From Parasitella parasitica NRRL 2501 (lineage: Eukaryota; Fungi; Mucoromycota), in contig MU619260.1 of the NCBI GenBank assembly GCA_025201805.1, positions 119,569-183,568 on the forward strand: 64,000 nt of DNA, written 5' to 3'. The notes beneath the pieces are model-generated. The model searched no databases, was not told the origin of the DNA, and was given only the letters and a program-made list of their open reading frames with translations. This document shows positions 62,601-64,000 of the stretch, one piece after another. The position numbers and the translations under genes are program-made. The stretch's first letter is position 1. The number at the start of each line of letters is the position of its first letter.

Positions 62601-64000
62601 GTATCCATCACAAGCCCTACTCGCATAGCTGCAATCAAACCTGCAGCACCAAAAATCACGAATTACTTTGCAGCAACAGCAGCAGATCCTCACGAAGTAT
62701 CCGATGATGAGATTGAAGAAGAGTTTGCAGATATGGATTACTCTCAGCTGCCAGGTGAATGGTTTGAAACAAGATCTGATCCCACCGCTGTAGATACGAA
62801 TTCTGTTCAAAAACCAGGTAAACCCACACATTTTGGTCAAGATACTATGGACGTAGATGAGCCATTACCACAACAACAGCAACCTGAAAGGACAACCATC
62901 ACCACAAGTCATAGTAAACCTGTAGTTCATAAAATTGGCACAGACACTAAGCCCAAACATACACGTTTTTATCCTGCAGAGAGTAAACAGCCAACGTTTG
63001 CCGTTACATCCAAGGGCCGTAAATTGCGACCTCCCAGCATGGGATTTACATCAAAGATGAAGAATTTAAGAGAGGAATTTCGTGCTGAACGCCGGCTGAT
63101 TGCCACGGCCAAATCACCGTCTGCTGCAGGAATTGTTCGTCAACGTTACGGTGGATCTCTAAATAATTCGTCTGATTCTTCAGAAACTTCTGATGACGAC
63201 GGAGATGACGATGCTGGCCTACTTGGGTTGATCAATGACATGGACGATACTCCTTTCAAGCCAGCAAATGTCCAGGCAGAAAGCTCTAGTGTCAAGGCCT
63301 TGTTTGATGCAAAACCAAGGAGGACCATCAAACTGATCGAAACGCCCATTACAAACGAATTTCTCGACAGGAAGCGCAATGCTCGTGTGCGTGAGCAAAA
63401 ACGTCGTCAAAAGATCACGCCTAATATAGATCGCTTGTTCAAGACTATGTTGTCTTGGGATGTCACAGAGACCAGAGAAATTCCGCCTCACACCAATGAA
63501 TCCATGTACAGCCGTGTCCCCTCTACATTCAAGACCTTTGATGAATATAGATCTGTATTTGAACCTTTGCTCTTGATGGAGACTTGGACTCAAATGCTTC
63601 GTGCCAAAGAACAGTTGTCCCAGAATGACGTACTTGATCGTTGCATAGTTGAAGGTCGCTGCCATACAAACGATTTTGTGGATGTCACCTTTGCTCTACC
63701 CATGAGTGTTGTTACTAACAACTTGTCACCTGACGATCTTGTTTGTATTGCGAATCATTTTGGACATCAATTCTTTAACGAAATATCCTCGTATAGCACC
63801 AATAACGATCCCTCGTGGAAGGGAAAAGCCTTTTTGGGTAAAGTGATGTCTATCAATCAAAAGAAAAACATTGGTGAAGTAGTTGTTCGTTGCTATTTTG
63901 CAGGCAGTCGTATTAGTATTCTGAATTCTATCTCGCCAAAGACAAGCTGGAATATTCTCAAGATTATGAGGTACGTGCCACGTCCTGTTGGGCAAAAAAA
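59694..64000 (+). CDS. SEN1: Sen1/senataxin RNA-DNA helicase, N-terminal part (continues beyond the window; exon 2 absent from the ORF track)
   Basis: Exon 1 HWWC...LWLFSLP...CTCCVQAY; intron 60008-60076; ~3.9-kb open exon ending in VPSTFKTFDEYRSVFEPLLLMETWTQM; next donor at 63971. Confidence 0.88.

Overview
Eukaryotic fungal genomic DNA, most likely Mucorales (AT-rich, short GT-AG introns, compact gene spacing; taxon is inferred). Draft assembly with two N gaps (1808-2382, 58546-58771). The first ~10 kb is a nest of decayed mobile DNA. It holds a 5'-truncated DIRS-type tyrosine-recombinase retrotransposon with an intact 3' end and internal complementary region, then a Mutator-like DNA transposon with imperfect TIRs whose broken transposase carries an N-terminal GCM-like zinc domain and a C-terminal USP-like peptidase domain. 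Next come a 268-bp-arm inverted repeat carrying a small ORF and a degenerate nuclease-like gene. The rest is mostly housekeeping genes: nitronate monooxygenase, VCX1, GT15 mannosyltransferase, Zn-dependent ADH, GluRS, DUF726/TMCO4, RPN3, EPT1/CPT1, CDS1, QCR2, ARP4, FNIP/Lst4, 6-phosphogluconolactonase, an SR protein and SEN1 (runs off the window). There are also several orphan genes, a Tc1/nuclease remnant joined by a fold-back, and a secreted GGNN-repeat protein. The strongest leads are the GCM-MULE-USP transposase, the triple-frame DIRS coding with a predictable missing end, and an RRM-2xCCHC-RS splicing factor built from 7-, 12- and 18-nt microexons. All family assignments come from motif recognition by eye; no searches were run.
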